Source: Mytilus edulis
Lineage: Eukaryota
Reading direction: 5' to 3'
NCBI RefSeq assembly: GCF_963676685.1
Contig: NC_092351.1
Location: 28,396,001-28,460,000 of the forward strand
DNA length: 64,000 bases
Position 1 is the first letter of the stretch. Each line of letters starts with the position of its first letter. Below the pieces are notes generated by a model. The model did no database searches and was not told the origin of the DNA. It was given only the letters and a program-made list of their open reading frames with translations. The position numbers were made by a program, and so were the translations under genes. Positions 51,801 through 64,000 of this stretch are shown one piece after another.

Positions 51801-53556
51801 CTGGCATTTTAAAAGTATGCATGTATATCTATGTAAGGGGATCAGCTGCTAATAGTTCGTCATTGCAATAAATGAAGTTTCTAATAATACAATAATAGAT
51901 TGGATGGTAAATATCATTTGTTTTTGACAATTGAATCGGCCCTATTGTGTGGTTTGTTCGCGTTGTTAATTTTTAGTTTCCTTTGGTATTTTGTACTGAT
52001 TGTCTGAAAGGATATCGTGTAGTTTGCTTTGTCAAAATTGTGTAAATTGTCCATGTACATATGCGTAAAATACTGAGTGGTCTTGTAATATCATCTTTCA
52101 TTTTTTAATTCTATAGTTTTCCGTCATTACATTTTTTATTACCGAAGTTCGTATTTTCAAAGATATAAAGATTTGATAACTAAATATTCTTAATGATGAT
52201 TACTTCTCTTATTGCAAGTTAATGTGTATCATATGAAATAACTTTATATTTTCGTATATTTTCAGAAATTTTGAAAGATCATGTTTCAACTCTTGGTCTT
52301 TGGTGGTCACAGGGCATTGTAAAACATAAGTTGCAGGTTTATCTACCTTGATTCTTATCATAACAGTCTTTTGATTACCATATATTATTGAAATATCCAG
52401 TAAATACCATACAATATTATTGCAACACTTCTTTTAACAAATTATCAAAGGAACCAGGATCATAATTTAATACGCCAGACTTTAAATAAGACGAATATCA
52501 TCTTATTTCCCCCCAATTTTCTGTTGCTGTTATGCAAAGACCGCTTTTAATTTTTCATCATAATTCGTTGCATTTTAATAAGGGATCATTTATCAAACAG
52601 GTTACTAGAAATCATTAAAAGTCAATAGTCACACTACAATGCATGTAAGACATGTACAAAAGACAGCAACAAAAAATTAAAAACTTTAAAGAAATATATA
52701 ACAAAGATTTTTGTTCAAAGCCAATATGGTTAATATCAAAATATAGCATATCGTTCGTTCGTTTGAACTGTCAATAAACTTATTAAGTACGCTGTAGATA
52801 TCAATCGCAGATACAACAGCTAATATAAATGCATTTTAGTTTATATTAGATTGTTCAATCCGAAGTCAAATATATTTTGATGGAAGATGAAAGATAAACA
52901 ATACCTATTGTTGAAATCTTTTGTTGAAAAACGTTTCCTTTTAAAACATTTTAATAAATAATATTTCCCACACTCACTGCAAACAATTATATTTACATGC
53001 GATATTTTTATAGATTGACTATCTCGATTACATTTTTTTTTTCTCAGAATAAAATAAAGTCAAACATACAAATATTTACAAAGAAATAGATAAGTAAAGC
53101 AGATACTACTCAAGTCTGTTTAACCTTGATAGAAATATTATGTTAACTAAAAAAAAAACTTATGTTAATATATTAAACTTTCAAATTTTTTTATTTATTT
53201 TTTCTCATCTGGAATGTTTTTTGGCTCAATATATTTATTTCTCACAAGAATTTTTTTTTTTTTTTAAATATAAACTTCATATTTTCCCACCAATACTTAT
53301 ACCATGTCAAACATTTTGTAATATAGATTGTTGGGAAGCGGTAATGAATCAAAACCGTTGTAAAGATGAATGTTTTACTTGACAATTAGTATGTTTACAT
53401 GTATCGCTGATATAGTCTATGGATTCAGGTCCAATATTTATATACATTTCACGACGTTGTAAAAAAAGATGGAACAGAAACAGTATGTCATTTTCCTCGG
53501 ACTTTTTTACTCCTACTACAAGCTTAAAATACAATTTAGTTATCTCAATTTCAATG

Positions 53557-53938
53557 ATAGTTATCAAAGGTACCATGATTAAAAAAAGTTTTGTAACAGG
53601 AAATTTATTAAAATGACCACGTTATTGATATTCATGTCAACACCGAAGTGTTGATTACTGGGCTGGTGATACCCTCGGGGACAAAACGTCCACCAGCAGT
53701 GGCATCGACCCAGTGGTGTAAATAGTTATCAAAGGGTCCAAGATTATAATTTAGTACGCCAGACGCACGTTTCGTCTTCACAAGACTCATCAGTGACGCT
53801 CATATCAAAATATTAATAAAGCCAAACAAGTACAAAGTTGAAGAGTATTAAGGATCCAAAATTCCAAAAAGTTGTGCTAAATACGGCCAAGGTAATCTTA
53901 CCTGGGATAAGAAAATCCTTTGTTTTTCGAAAAATTCA
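53557..53938 (-). mobile_element. Retrozyme family 2 copy with internal deletion; hammerhead at 53756-53799
   Basis: Homologous to 42917-43354. The tail atagttatcaaagg is repeated at 53557 and 53722; core CTGATGA/GAAA/GTC intact. Confidence 0.8.
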
Positions 53939-54809
53939 GACATATTAAAATAAAATCTTTCAGAATAATGACACCACACCATTAGCCCTATACTAAGTAC
54001 TCATTTCCGAAAAGATAGAGAATTTATGGCTAGGGAACTAGGTACTGCAATGTCATACGGTTGCAATGATAACATCACAGGAGTAGGAAATTTGTCAAGT
54101 CCAGTCTGCAATGATGTTAATGTAATGAGCTTATTCAAACCTTTAATATTCTATCTGTCAATTTGACCAATATACCATATTTTTGTAAAAGTAGATGGCA
54201 TGAATTCTTCTAACGTTGTCATTTTGTGACGTACAGATGTGGTTGAGGGCTCAGATTAATGTTCGGAATATCAACAACATGATGTATTGTGCCTTAAACT
54301 ATTATCAATCAATACGTTATGTCATATTGTCATATATTGATTAGAATATTTTTCCAGAAACTGTTTTTATTTTTATTTTGTAAATAGTAAACTGAATATC
54401 ATCAAACAAATCCTTGATTTAGAAAAAAAATACTATATTGATTACTGTGATCTTGTTCCTTTACAAGAATACTACAAGAATACTATTAAAACTATAATTA
54501 AAATATGTACGCATATAAAATATCTGATTTAATGAGTATCAACATTAAGACAAACTCAAAACGCGATGAAAATTCATGTTTTGTTTTGTCAGTTGTTATA
54601 GCAAAAGGGATGCAATCATCTAAAAGGACATAAAATTGTTAGCGGAATAAGATAAGCAAAACATGTAATGCTTGATTATGAGGATGTAGGACACCATATC
54701 GCTTGAATAAAGAAATAGTAACATATCAATGAAAATACGAACATTTCTGAATTACTTTTATATATATTTGCCTGAAAATATAGTAATTTGCGTAACCAGC
54801 AAAACTGTT

Positions 54810-54965
54810 ATTGAATTTCGGTCCTCAATGCTCTTCAACTTCGTATTTTATTTGGCAATTTTAACTTTTTTGGATTTGAGCGTCACTGATGTGTCTTTTG
54901 TAGACGAAACGCGCGTCTCGGCCTAAATACACAATTTAATCCTGGTAGCTATGATGAGTTTGTTT
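54810..54965 (+). mobile_element. Retrozyme family 2 fragment; hammerhead at 54878-54922 with core mutation (CTGATGT)
   Basis: Similarity to the 18161 and 42917 copies. Confidence 0.75.
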
Positions 54966-56825
54966 ATCAGCATGGGTCAAAACAATTAGGTCTCTGATAA
55001 AATGTCGCATTCATAAGTTGAAAAACTGTGTGAATGATCTACCAAAGTCCATTGTCAGAAGAATATTGTCTGTGTATGTAAATCGTACTACTACGAGTGT
55101 CTTGTAAAAGAATTAAGAATACATGAGCACTCAAGTAATTGCAAATACAAAAACAAACCATTTGACAAGGGTGAGATTTTGACGACTCATTAGTCCTTCA
55201 TGGCTTTAATGTACATTACATTGTATAACAAATCAGAGGACTTACCTTGTTTGTATTGGATACCTAAGCTTCACAAAAAAAACCAAAAAAAAACCAGGTG
55301 CATTCCCTGCATGTTAGTCTAAAGCATTGTCCATTAAATTGAAAAAATCTGTCCGCAGTGAAAGAGAGTCTTCAAAAATACTGTGAAACTGTTTACTTGC
55401 GTAGAGGTATAAACCATTTGTGGATTCTAGAAACCTCTTAAAAACGTCTGGATAGTTTTAAATCTCGATCTTTTTCTGAAATTAGTTCTATGAAATCCTG
55501 TATACAACCATTCCCCATGTAAAATTGAAAAATCGTCCGAAAGAAATAGTACACAATGCTTTTCAGCATAAAGATGGAAGCATACGCTATAAATTTAAAC
55601 TTTGGGATACCATACTGCATATTTTGTTAATAGTGAACAAAAAGATAAAACATGCTACACATATGAACAAATGATCAGAATGCTGTAGTTTCTTATTGAC
55701 AACATATTTGTTGAATTTAGGGACGTTTTCAATTGTCGGCATTCCTATGGGAACGAAATGTGCGTATTTACTTGCCGACCTCTTTTTATATTCTTATGAG
55801 TCCTTCAAACACTTGTCAAAAACAAGAAGATCAGAAAAGCCAGGTCTTTAATTTCATAATTGAATGTATTGATGATGTTATTTCCATTAACAAGCCAAAC
55901 TTTCCTGATTGGGTTTCATTAATATACCACAAGAATTATATATTAATGAATTAACAGACACGACATTTCATTTTTAAACTTATACCTCGAATTTGACATA
56001 CACGGTCATCTCAGTATCGGAATCTATTTCAATTTTGAAACTATCAATTTCTCCCACCTTAGTAGCAATGTACCAACTTCATCTGCATATTGGATAGACA
56101 TTTCTCAACTTATTTATTCAAGAACTTTCAGCTGCTACTCAGAATTTGTATAACGTCACCAGTTGATCTGAGTTTGATGAATACCATTGTATCAACATAG
56201 GTTTTTCAGAATAAAATATATATATATGAATCAAGGGTAGGTCAAAGGACGTCTAGTCCTTTTTCTAAAAGAAAGTTCATCGGAAGGTACCAAGACCTTG
56301 TTTATAATTTTGCGTATCAACTTCACAAATACACGATTCTGGTTACTGACATTGTTTCTCATCTTAATACCGTGTAATTGTATTCTTTAATTAGTCTTTT
56401 GGAATATTACTTTTACTGTTTAGTCTATTTTTATGTTATTCATTTGACGTGGCTAGTTACTGATACATCCCGTCATTGTGTTATTGTTTTACGGTAAATA
56501 TTTGTATTCATGTCTTTTGTTTTTGCTTATGTGCTTTGTCTTTAAGCCGTTTTGTGTTTCTTTGTTACATATATTGTTTTTTTTTATAGTGATTAATGTT
56601 ATAACACCATGTAGTCTGTTTTGCTATTAGTACCTATTATGTCTGTTTGTTTTGTTCACACATCATTGTGAATATAAATAATTTTTAAGCGAATGTGGTA
56701 CAAGCGAGAGGTTTAGCTATAAAACTGGGTTTTACTCACCTATTTTTACGTAAGAAATGCCTGTACCTTGTCAGGAATATGGCAGTTGTTATCCATTCGT
56801 TTGTTTGAGTTTGAGTTTGAGTTTT

Positions 56826-57406
56826 AAAGGAGTAGGTCCGGTAAGGGCCTATTTTGGCCTCAAATTTCAGGTTCATCTAACGAAATATTTTGAACACTTA
56901 TTAAACACTTAAGTGTCTATTTCAATTGATTCAATTAGTTTATGTTAAAGATTTCAACTGATTAAGTCATTAAAAACGCTCCAATTCAGGCTTAAATATG
57001 AAAAATCTATCAAATATGCAAAAAATCGTCACTTTTCAGATGTTTTTTTGTCAAAAATGAAAGGGGCCGCATCCGTGTTCATCCTCAACCTTTATATATG
57101 TTATGTATTATCATCAAATACAACTTGCATTTCAATATTATGAATGAACACGAATGCGGATACTTCCATTTAATACGGAAATCGTCTAAAATTTAACTAA
57201 AATGCTAAAATTGTGAAGATTTAATTTAGCATGACTTAATAATGTTAGTACCCGATATATGTGCATTGTATTGTCAAAAACAGCCCATATTTGTGTAGCA
57301 GAAGCATTCTACTTTCCAATAAATAGCTAAAAGATTACATTTTCACAATTTTATAAAACTGCTATATTTTGGGGCCAAAAAGGGGTCTTACTGAACCTAC
57401 TCCTTT
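56826..57406 (+). mobile_element. AAAGGAGTAGG-family MITE nested in the retroelement 3' end
   Basis: Both TIRs present; the host repeat resumes after 57406. Confidence 0.9.
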
Positions 57407-59398
57407 GTTATTTGATTATGAACTTTCCGTTTTACCTCGTTGTTCAGTAAGTTTGTGCTTTTATTTTTTACATTTTAGTAAATATTTTAGCTTAAAAATG
57501 CAATAAATAAAATTGTGTGCGAAACTGCTACATCGACTTAGGAATCTTATTAATGTGACGTCATAGATTTACTCAACTATTTTTACTTTCTGACATTCTG
57601 AATGGTTTTAGTATTGACAAAAAGAAGATCTTTCTTTTCTTTTCTTCCTTTTTTTTAGATTCAGAAAAATGGTGGCATTAAAACAACAAGCTCAATAATA
57701 ATTTGATTAAAAGCTCAAATTTAAAATGAGCCCATGCTTTGGTGAGGTCCTCATCAAAATCCATTACTATTTAGAAATTATTGTTTAAATTGATATATTG
57801 GATTTCTCTGATTGTAGGATCATGAGAAATCACCTTTCGGAGATGTTTATGTTTAGAACCCCAGTAATAACATAGTCAAAGAAACTGTACATGTAATGCT
57901 TTTGGGAACAAAAACATGGCAGAGTTTTTTTTTATGTGTTCTTCTTGTAGAAGACGCATTGGTGTCCTTGTGCTTTTGACACTAGAGGTACTTAAGCTTG
58001 TATACAGGAAAAAAAAGAGTGAAAAATTCAGTGATGGTTATTTTCCTTATGTGATTTGTTATGTGAAATTTTGTCTACTATACTGGACAGGATAAAACTT
58101 TACTCATGCCAAGTATATATTTGTTTTGAAGCATAGATAAACTCTGCAATTTTAGATTTTACCTCCTTTTGATTAAGAACATTGCTGGTATTGATTACAG
58201 CAATTCCTGTATTAGAAAACTGAACAGGAAAGAATTCGCTGTTTTCATCATGCAAAACGGAAATACCTTATGAAATCATAAAACCAAAGTTCAAACACAT
58301 CAAACAAATGGAAAACAACTGTCCTGATTTGGAACAGCCATTACCTTATGTAGAAAATGGATCAAACCTGGTTTTATAGCTAGCTTTATCTCTCGCTTGT
58401 ATTACAGTCGCATATATATTTCCTTTAATAGTATATTGACAACAATGTGTGAACAAAACAAACAAACATAAAAATTAAAATGTAAAACAATAAGGGTTCA
58501 GCAGTCAACATTGTGTTATAATCTTTTGAAATCACTAAGAAAGCAAATAAAAAAGGCAACAAAGAAAAACAAAATGTCATATAGACAAAACACAGCAGCA
58601 AAATAACATTATGGCGAGATGTATAAATATCGAGCCACGCCAAGAGGATATTCCCAAAAATGGACAAAACGGTAATGGTTAATAATTTACAAAGACAAAT
58701 AAAAAACAAAATAACACGAAGTTAAGATGTCTTCTTTGAAGGTTGTGTTTCTTGAAAATCGGATGAATGAAATCACATTGATCTGAATTTCCGAGTATAT
58801 AGTTTGCCCTGCCAAAACTATACTTAAAAGCGTTTTTTTTCAAATTAATCCATTAATTGTAACATTTTGCTTATCTCCTTAACTCGGTCAAGTTTATGCG
58901 GGTTTCTGTTTGGTTAACCATTATTTTTTTTTTATGTTGTGTATTTGAAAGAAAAAAAAATGACACTGATTAATAACCATCAACGATAATTACTTTATTG
59001 AAGTCTCATTAACAATTTTAAATCATTATCCTCAACATAAATCTGTTTTATGGTGTTTATTTTTGAATAGACTTCTATATGTAAATGAATGTTTAGCGGT
59101 TTTCTCTCTATATATAATTTTTATAACCACAATGGAATTATAAAACTGTCTTTGACATATTTGTAAATATGTTTTATTCCTAAATCATTCAAATTTCTTT
59201 TACTTTTTAATACTGGGTCAAACGTGAAAGTGGTTAACCAGCTCACTGACTGTGCAAAAATATGTACAGCAATTGTTAAATCAGGGATATGAGAACCTTT
59301 ACTATTCAAACTGTCTTAAGAAAATAAAAGTATATGTTATGAAGTCTACTGCATAAGTAGATAGTGATTCAAGCCATTCAGTTAGGTATTTCTATTTA

Positions 59399-59687
59399 TA
59401 TAAAAAAGAAGATGTGGTATAATTGCAAATGAGACAAATGACATAAATTAACAACTATAGGTCACCGTATGGCCTTCAACAATAAACAAAGCCCATACCG
59501 CATAGTCAGCTATAAAAGGCCCCGAAATGACCATGTAAAACAATTCAAACGAGAAAACTAACGGCCTTATTTATGTAAAAAAAATGAACGAAAAACAAAT
59601 ATGTAACACATAAACAAACGACAACCACTGAATATACAGGCTCCTGACTTGGGACAGGCACATACATAAATAATGTGGCGGGGTTAA
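59399..59687. repeat. Dispersed repeat (AAAGAAGATGTGGTATGATTGCCAATGAG family)
   Basis: Copies at ~2525-2600, 8563-8770, 24790-25100, 31505-31606, 37480-37790 and 44193-44382. Confidence 0.85.
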
Positions 59688-59999
59688 TAGTTATTAAAAC
59701 ATATAATTAAACCAACTATTTATAAACTGCAAGTGTCAGATGCGCTTTTCTGTGTTCACCTTCATCAAACGTTGTTCAAAGCCGAATAATTCAGAGCCAA
59801 TGATGTATAGAAACAGAAGCAGTTGAAGAGCTATATGATCGAAAAGGATTTAAATAATAGCCAAAACTATAGAAGTTGAATTACAGAAGCTGTATCACCA
59901 AAAAATCATTCATCATCACATCAAAGTAAGTATATCACTTCCAGATTTTTGGGGTTTACTTACTGTAATGAGTAAAACCATATACTATATCCCATCAGG

Positions 60000-60061
60000 G
60001 ATTGATTGATTGTTGGTTGCTAAACGTCCAGTGGCAAATATTTCATGCATGTTCAGGACGA
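60000..60061 (-). repeat. Probable SINE 3' tail ending in (CAAT)n
   Basis: Minus strand ...GACGTTTAGCAACCAACAATCAATCAATC; head not present. Confidence 0.4.
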
Positions 60062-61714
60062 TCCATTAGGGACAATACACACGTAACCTTCATGGTTCGA
60101 CGATATCCCCGCCGGTTTTCATAACAAGTATTTTTTAGCCTTATATTTAGTCTTTCCAAATTGCTATCCGTTTATATCTGGTGATCAATTCAACAATGTT
60201 TTTGGAGGGTTTGCCTAATTTTAAATCGTTCGTTTTCCGACACCTAGATTTCTTTCTCCTTTGTTACAAAGTCATTTTCTACGGTCTCCATTGATCTGAT
60301 TTGACAGTCGGCAAAACTTTGTTAATGTTGCAGTGCTAAACAAACTAACAACAATTCATTGAAATTTTCACGAAATATGTTAAACCGTGTTGACAAAACA
60401 TATAATACAAATGAGTAACTCCAATGTTATACATTTGTTATCTTTTATAAGAAATAGACCACCGAAAATCAAATAAAAAGTAATTACTTTCTATCAAATA
60501 CTTCGATACTATCCGTACAAAAACAACTATTACTTCTATTATACTTGGATATTGTCGTCGTTTGTCAGGTCGGTCTGACATAAACTTTCTTAAATAAATG
60601 TTTAAGTTATTAAAGAGATAGCATCTGATCTGTAAAAATCTATTTTGATAAAACATCAATTAATGTGTGCATATTAATCCCGTTTTTGGCATTTTGTCAC
60701 AACTGTCTAGTTTTTTTAAGAACAATAATTTATTGATTACATCGACCTGGCCTTGAATAAAATGTTTTTGTTGTTGCAATGACGAAGTATTTATTATGTG
60801 TTCGAATTATGAAAATCTTCTACCACATTAATCAGAATAAAAGGAGACTGTTACGTTAAATTAGACATAAACACAGTCACAAAAACCTTTAAAAGAGGTA
60901 ACAGCATAATATGAAAAGTGAATCCACAAACAATCATAAAAAAGCCCTCCCTCCATAAAACACTCAGTTTGCGTTTCATTTAACCATCAACATGCATATT
61001 GTGACAAAGCATACATAAAATGAAGACAAATAATTCCAGCTTGTTTTTCCTTTTTTTTCCATATCAGTCCACTTGTCGAAATGTTATTATTAAAAGGTTA
61101 ACTCAGAAACACTACCATTTTTGATTGTGTTCGTTTTGTTCAGTTTTTAGGTTATAGTCAAGGATACATCAGGTCAACCAGGATTTCATGGAACCAATAA
61201 GTGTTACTTTCATTCGGATGTTTTTGGTTGGTTTTTTTTTTTATGTAGTATGTGTTTTGTAATGCTGTTGGTCTTTTGTCGTTTTTCGTGTTAAAAATGG
61301 CATTGCCAGGTTTTTTTCTCGGCCTCTACGTTTCAATACTCCTTTTATATCTTCTGTATCTTTTTTGACTACTTATGAGACCATGTAGATCTTTATATAT
61401 TATAGACATCTGGGTTTTTTTTGTAGTAAGTGTTTTGCCTCATTTGTATATTTCTTACGTCCCATTTTATAAAGAAATATTCATTTTTTTAAACCAGTAA
61501 GCGATGCCTACCACAATTGAATGCACAGCATACTTAGGATAAAAAAATGAAAAATGACAGTCAGTTGTATTTGTATTTTATGACGTATCTAGTACGTATC
61601 TAGTACTTCATAACAATGGTCTACACCGAAACAAAAAAGGTTAACTATAAACTAATATAAATATATTTTAATAAATAGCATTTTGATTTTTATGAAATGT
61701 ACAAACACCTTGAT

Positions 61715-62336
61715 TTATTTCACCGATCGGAATCTCAAGCGGAATCGGGTTAGGTTAAGTCTTTGTGAAAAAGGCTTTTTTGATTTCTTGATGAAGTTGT
61801 CTATAGATGTTGGAGAGCTGCTTAAAGATGATTTATCTGAATTGCTCTGGGAATCAATACTCGACTCACTGCTACTCGATGATCCATGTTCTTTCCCATG
61901 ATAAAAATTGTGGTTTACATCACGTTCACAGAGTTCTTTATCAATGGTGCAACTGTTACGTTCTTCGCTTATTTCTTTTAAAGGCACACTTATTTTACTT
62001 CCACACAAACTTTCACAATAGTTGTGACTAGAAAAGACATTGTTTTTGTTACATGTATGTTGTCGTTGCTGATGATCACTGACGTGTTTTAAGCAGACAG
62101 ATGCTTTAGCGTGATTGTTATTCTGACCGTGTTTTAAACACCCCGATGAACTAGATTGAATGTTATTTTGACTGGAAGTATCACAGAGACATTGTTTGGT
62201 ATTTCTTTGAACATCAGAATGAAAGTAACACTTATTGGTTCCATGAAATCCTGGATGACCTGATGTATCCTTGACTATAACATAAAATAAGCCACCATCC
62301 TCCTGCACATACGGCATCCAATTGTCTTCGATATTG
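61715..62336 (-). CDS. Terminal coding exon of an uncharacterised Cys/His/Ser-rich protein (~236 aa if started at ATG 62816)
   Basis: Longest ORF in the window. Minus-strand acceptor ttttcttttctAG lies at 62337-62338, and its phase-2 junction joins cleanly to the upstream exon (AG|C = Ser). 206 codons run to the TAA. Confidence 0.75.
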
Positions 62337-62727
62337 CTAGAAAAGAAAAACAACGATTTTATTGACTTTTTTCCCAAATAATACGATTCATGTTCATGCT
62401 TTAGTCAAGTAACTATGTGAAATACATGTAAAAATTCAATGTTACAAGTGAGAAGTATTTAGCAATGAGGCCATATATAACATGCTATACGGAATGGGTT
62501 TTGTTTATTGTTGATGGTAGTTTGTTGCTCTAGAACTTTTTCAAAATGATTCCTTTGTCTCTTGTAGATATATAATTGTGTCATTGAAAATCATACCACA
62601 TTTGATTTCGGTTCAAAACAATCCTAATGATCTATTCTCCGCGTGATTCGTTTTCATTTATGAAATATACATCAAAGTATATTAAGATAATAAATTTAAC
62701 ATAAAATATGAAAAAAAGACAACATAC

Positions 62728-62909
62728 CTTTGTGACAAAATGCTCCGTATTCCATCAAAATCGTCTAATTTATTTCGTCTTCGGCATTCAGATATTGGTG
62801 TATTTAATCCAAACATGCTCTGTCTAAATGGGTCGATGTTTTTCTTCTTCGAATTAGACTAAGTTCTTATTTCAGGTATCAATAAGGTCATTTCTCTTTG
62901 GTACTTTAT
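62728..62909 (-). CDS. Upstream exon of the same gene; coding from ATG 62816 (MFGLNTPISECRRRNKLDDFDGIRSILSQ)
   Basis: Acceptor ttttctttacAG at 62910-62911 and donor AG|GTATGT at 62727. Phase matches the downstream exon. One in-frame TAG at 62859-62861 lies upstream of the ATG. Confidence 0.7.
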
Positions 62910-62984
62910 CTGTAAAGAAAAGTAAAATGAGCAACTGTTGTGCGAATTGTAATTTGTGATAATCAACATATAATTACATAAGAT

Positions 62985-63162
62985 GTATGTTTCATTATAA
63001 TATTTTATTCTGATTGGCTAACTACACATGACGTGTTATTCCGTAAGCAGTTGCATGGGGTTGTAAAAGCGTTGACCGTGCGTACATTTTTAGAATGAAG
63101 CGCTTCCGTCAACGCTTTTACACCCCAATAAATTTACAAAAAGAAGCATTCAATTCTTAAAT
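62985..63162. mobile_element. Short non-autonomous element with an internal inverted repeat (possibly Crypton-like)
   Basis: Arms GGGGTTGTAAAAGCGTTGAC (63057-63076) and GTCAACGCTTTTACACCCC (63108-63126). Family assignment is inference only. Confidence 0.4.
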
Positions 63163-63252
63163 GCAGATCTGATACATGCACAACACAATATTTTGTTAAC
63201 GATAATGCGAGGCGAGCATTGTATTACCATTTTCTTTGAAATTTGATGAATT

Positions 63253-63300
63253 TAATCATTCAAACTAATCATTTAAACTAATCATTTAAACTAATCATTT
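63253..63300. repeat. 13-bp minisatellite (TAATCATTTAAAC, about 3.7 copies)
   Basis: Read directly from the sequence. Confidence 0.9.
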
Positions 63301-64000
63301 TGAAAGTGAATTGTATGGTAATGACATGATTACTGAGGGAATACTATGCTGAATTGGCACAATATAGGTAAATATATACCACGCTATATCTCCTTTAAAC
63401 TTTTATTGACATAATGGTGCAATCTACTTTATCTTAATACGAATTTATAGATTTTTCTTGACAGTTCGACACTGATACATTTTTGTGATGTATATGATAT
63501 ACAATACTCAATGTAAGGACGCCTGCCACGCAAGGTTATCGTTTAATTTATAGTGTATATCACTATAAGAGGGTAGGTTTCTTGTTATTCCAAACAATCA
63601 ACACATTCATGTTGATTAACAATGGACATTTGTTTTAAACAAAGGCTATCTTCATTTAGAGGAAAGCACGCTTATTCCGAATATGTAACTTTATCCAAGA
63701 TCATTAAGGTCGTTTTTTTTTATTTATTTGAAAAGTCAAAACAGAAAACAGCAAATTTTGTGTGAAATAAGTGCTCCTAAAGTCAAGTATGAATTATGGC
63801 ATTGTTTGCTACCCGTTTCCCCTTGACATTACAACTTGTATTTGCGCATCGTATGATGAATGACGTAAGCATTGCAGGAGACGCTTTCGGGGAGATGCTC
63901 CTTACTCTCATCCGAGTCAATCATTTCTTTTGTTTTCATTTTATGTTAAATGTTTTTTACAAATATCAAAAACGAACTTTGGTTACTTTATATTAATATA

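Larger units (their letters stand above)
53972..57470 (+). mobile_element. Decayed Penelope-like retroelement (GIY-YIG-type segment upstream of RT, then 3' non-coding end), interrupted by nested insertions
   Basis: Peptide remnants in order: HHTISPILSTHFRKDRE..RELGTAMSYGCNDNITGVGNLSSP (53972-54136), CKSYYYECLVKEL (~55075), DLPCLYWIPKLHK (~55240), LYTTIP, FLIDNIFVEF, VGIPMGTKCAYLLADLFLYSYE (~55735), CIDDVISIN (YIDD motif, ~55865), KFIGRYQDLV (~56275). Many stops and frameshifts. Confidence 0.8.

Noticed and set aside
61683-62031. Plus-strand ORFs of 72 and 74 aa
   Set aside because: Antisense shadows of the minus-strand exon.

Overview
AT-rich eukaryotic genomic DNA. The repeat content strongly resembles a mytilid mussel (Mytilus-like bivalve); this is an inference. 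The window is mostly intergenic or intronic and dense in mobile elements. Main content: (1) a 350-bp tandem array with four minimal type I hammerhead ribozymes (non-LTR retrozyme), plus about ten further intact or decayed hammerhead copies, mostly of a related ~376-bp family; both families share a second, covarying structured RNA domain with a cUUCGg hairpin; (2) a decayed Penelope-like retroelement with GIY-YIG-type sequence upstream of the RT, whose 3' end matches one of the commonest dispersed repeats here; (3) a 1.4-kb element with ~290-bp TIRs carrying a PIF1-helicase N-terminal fragment; (4) many Kolobok-, hAT- and Helentron-like non-autonomous elements; (5) a spliced minus-strand gene of unknown function near the right end, with an in-frame TAG upstream and a 72-bp inverted copy of its own exon downstream; (6) old local duplications, one with apparently intact versus disabled exon copies. 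No rRNA, tRNA or CRISPR was seen. Most ORFs in the supplied track are spurious.
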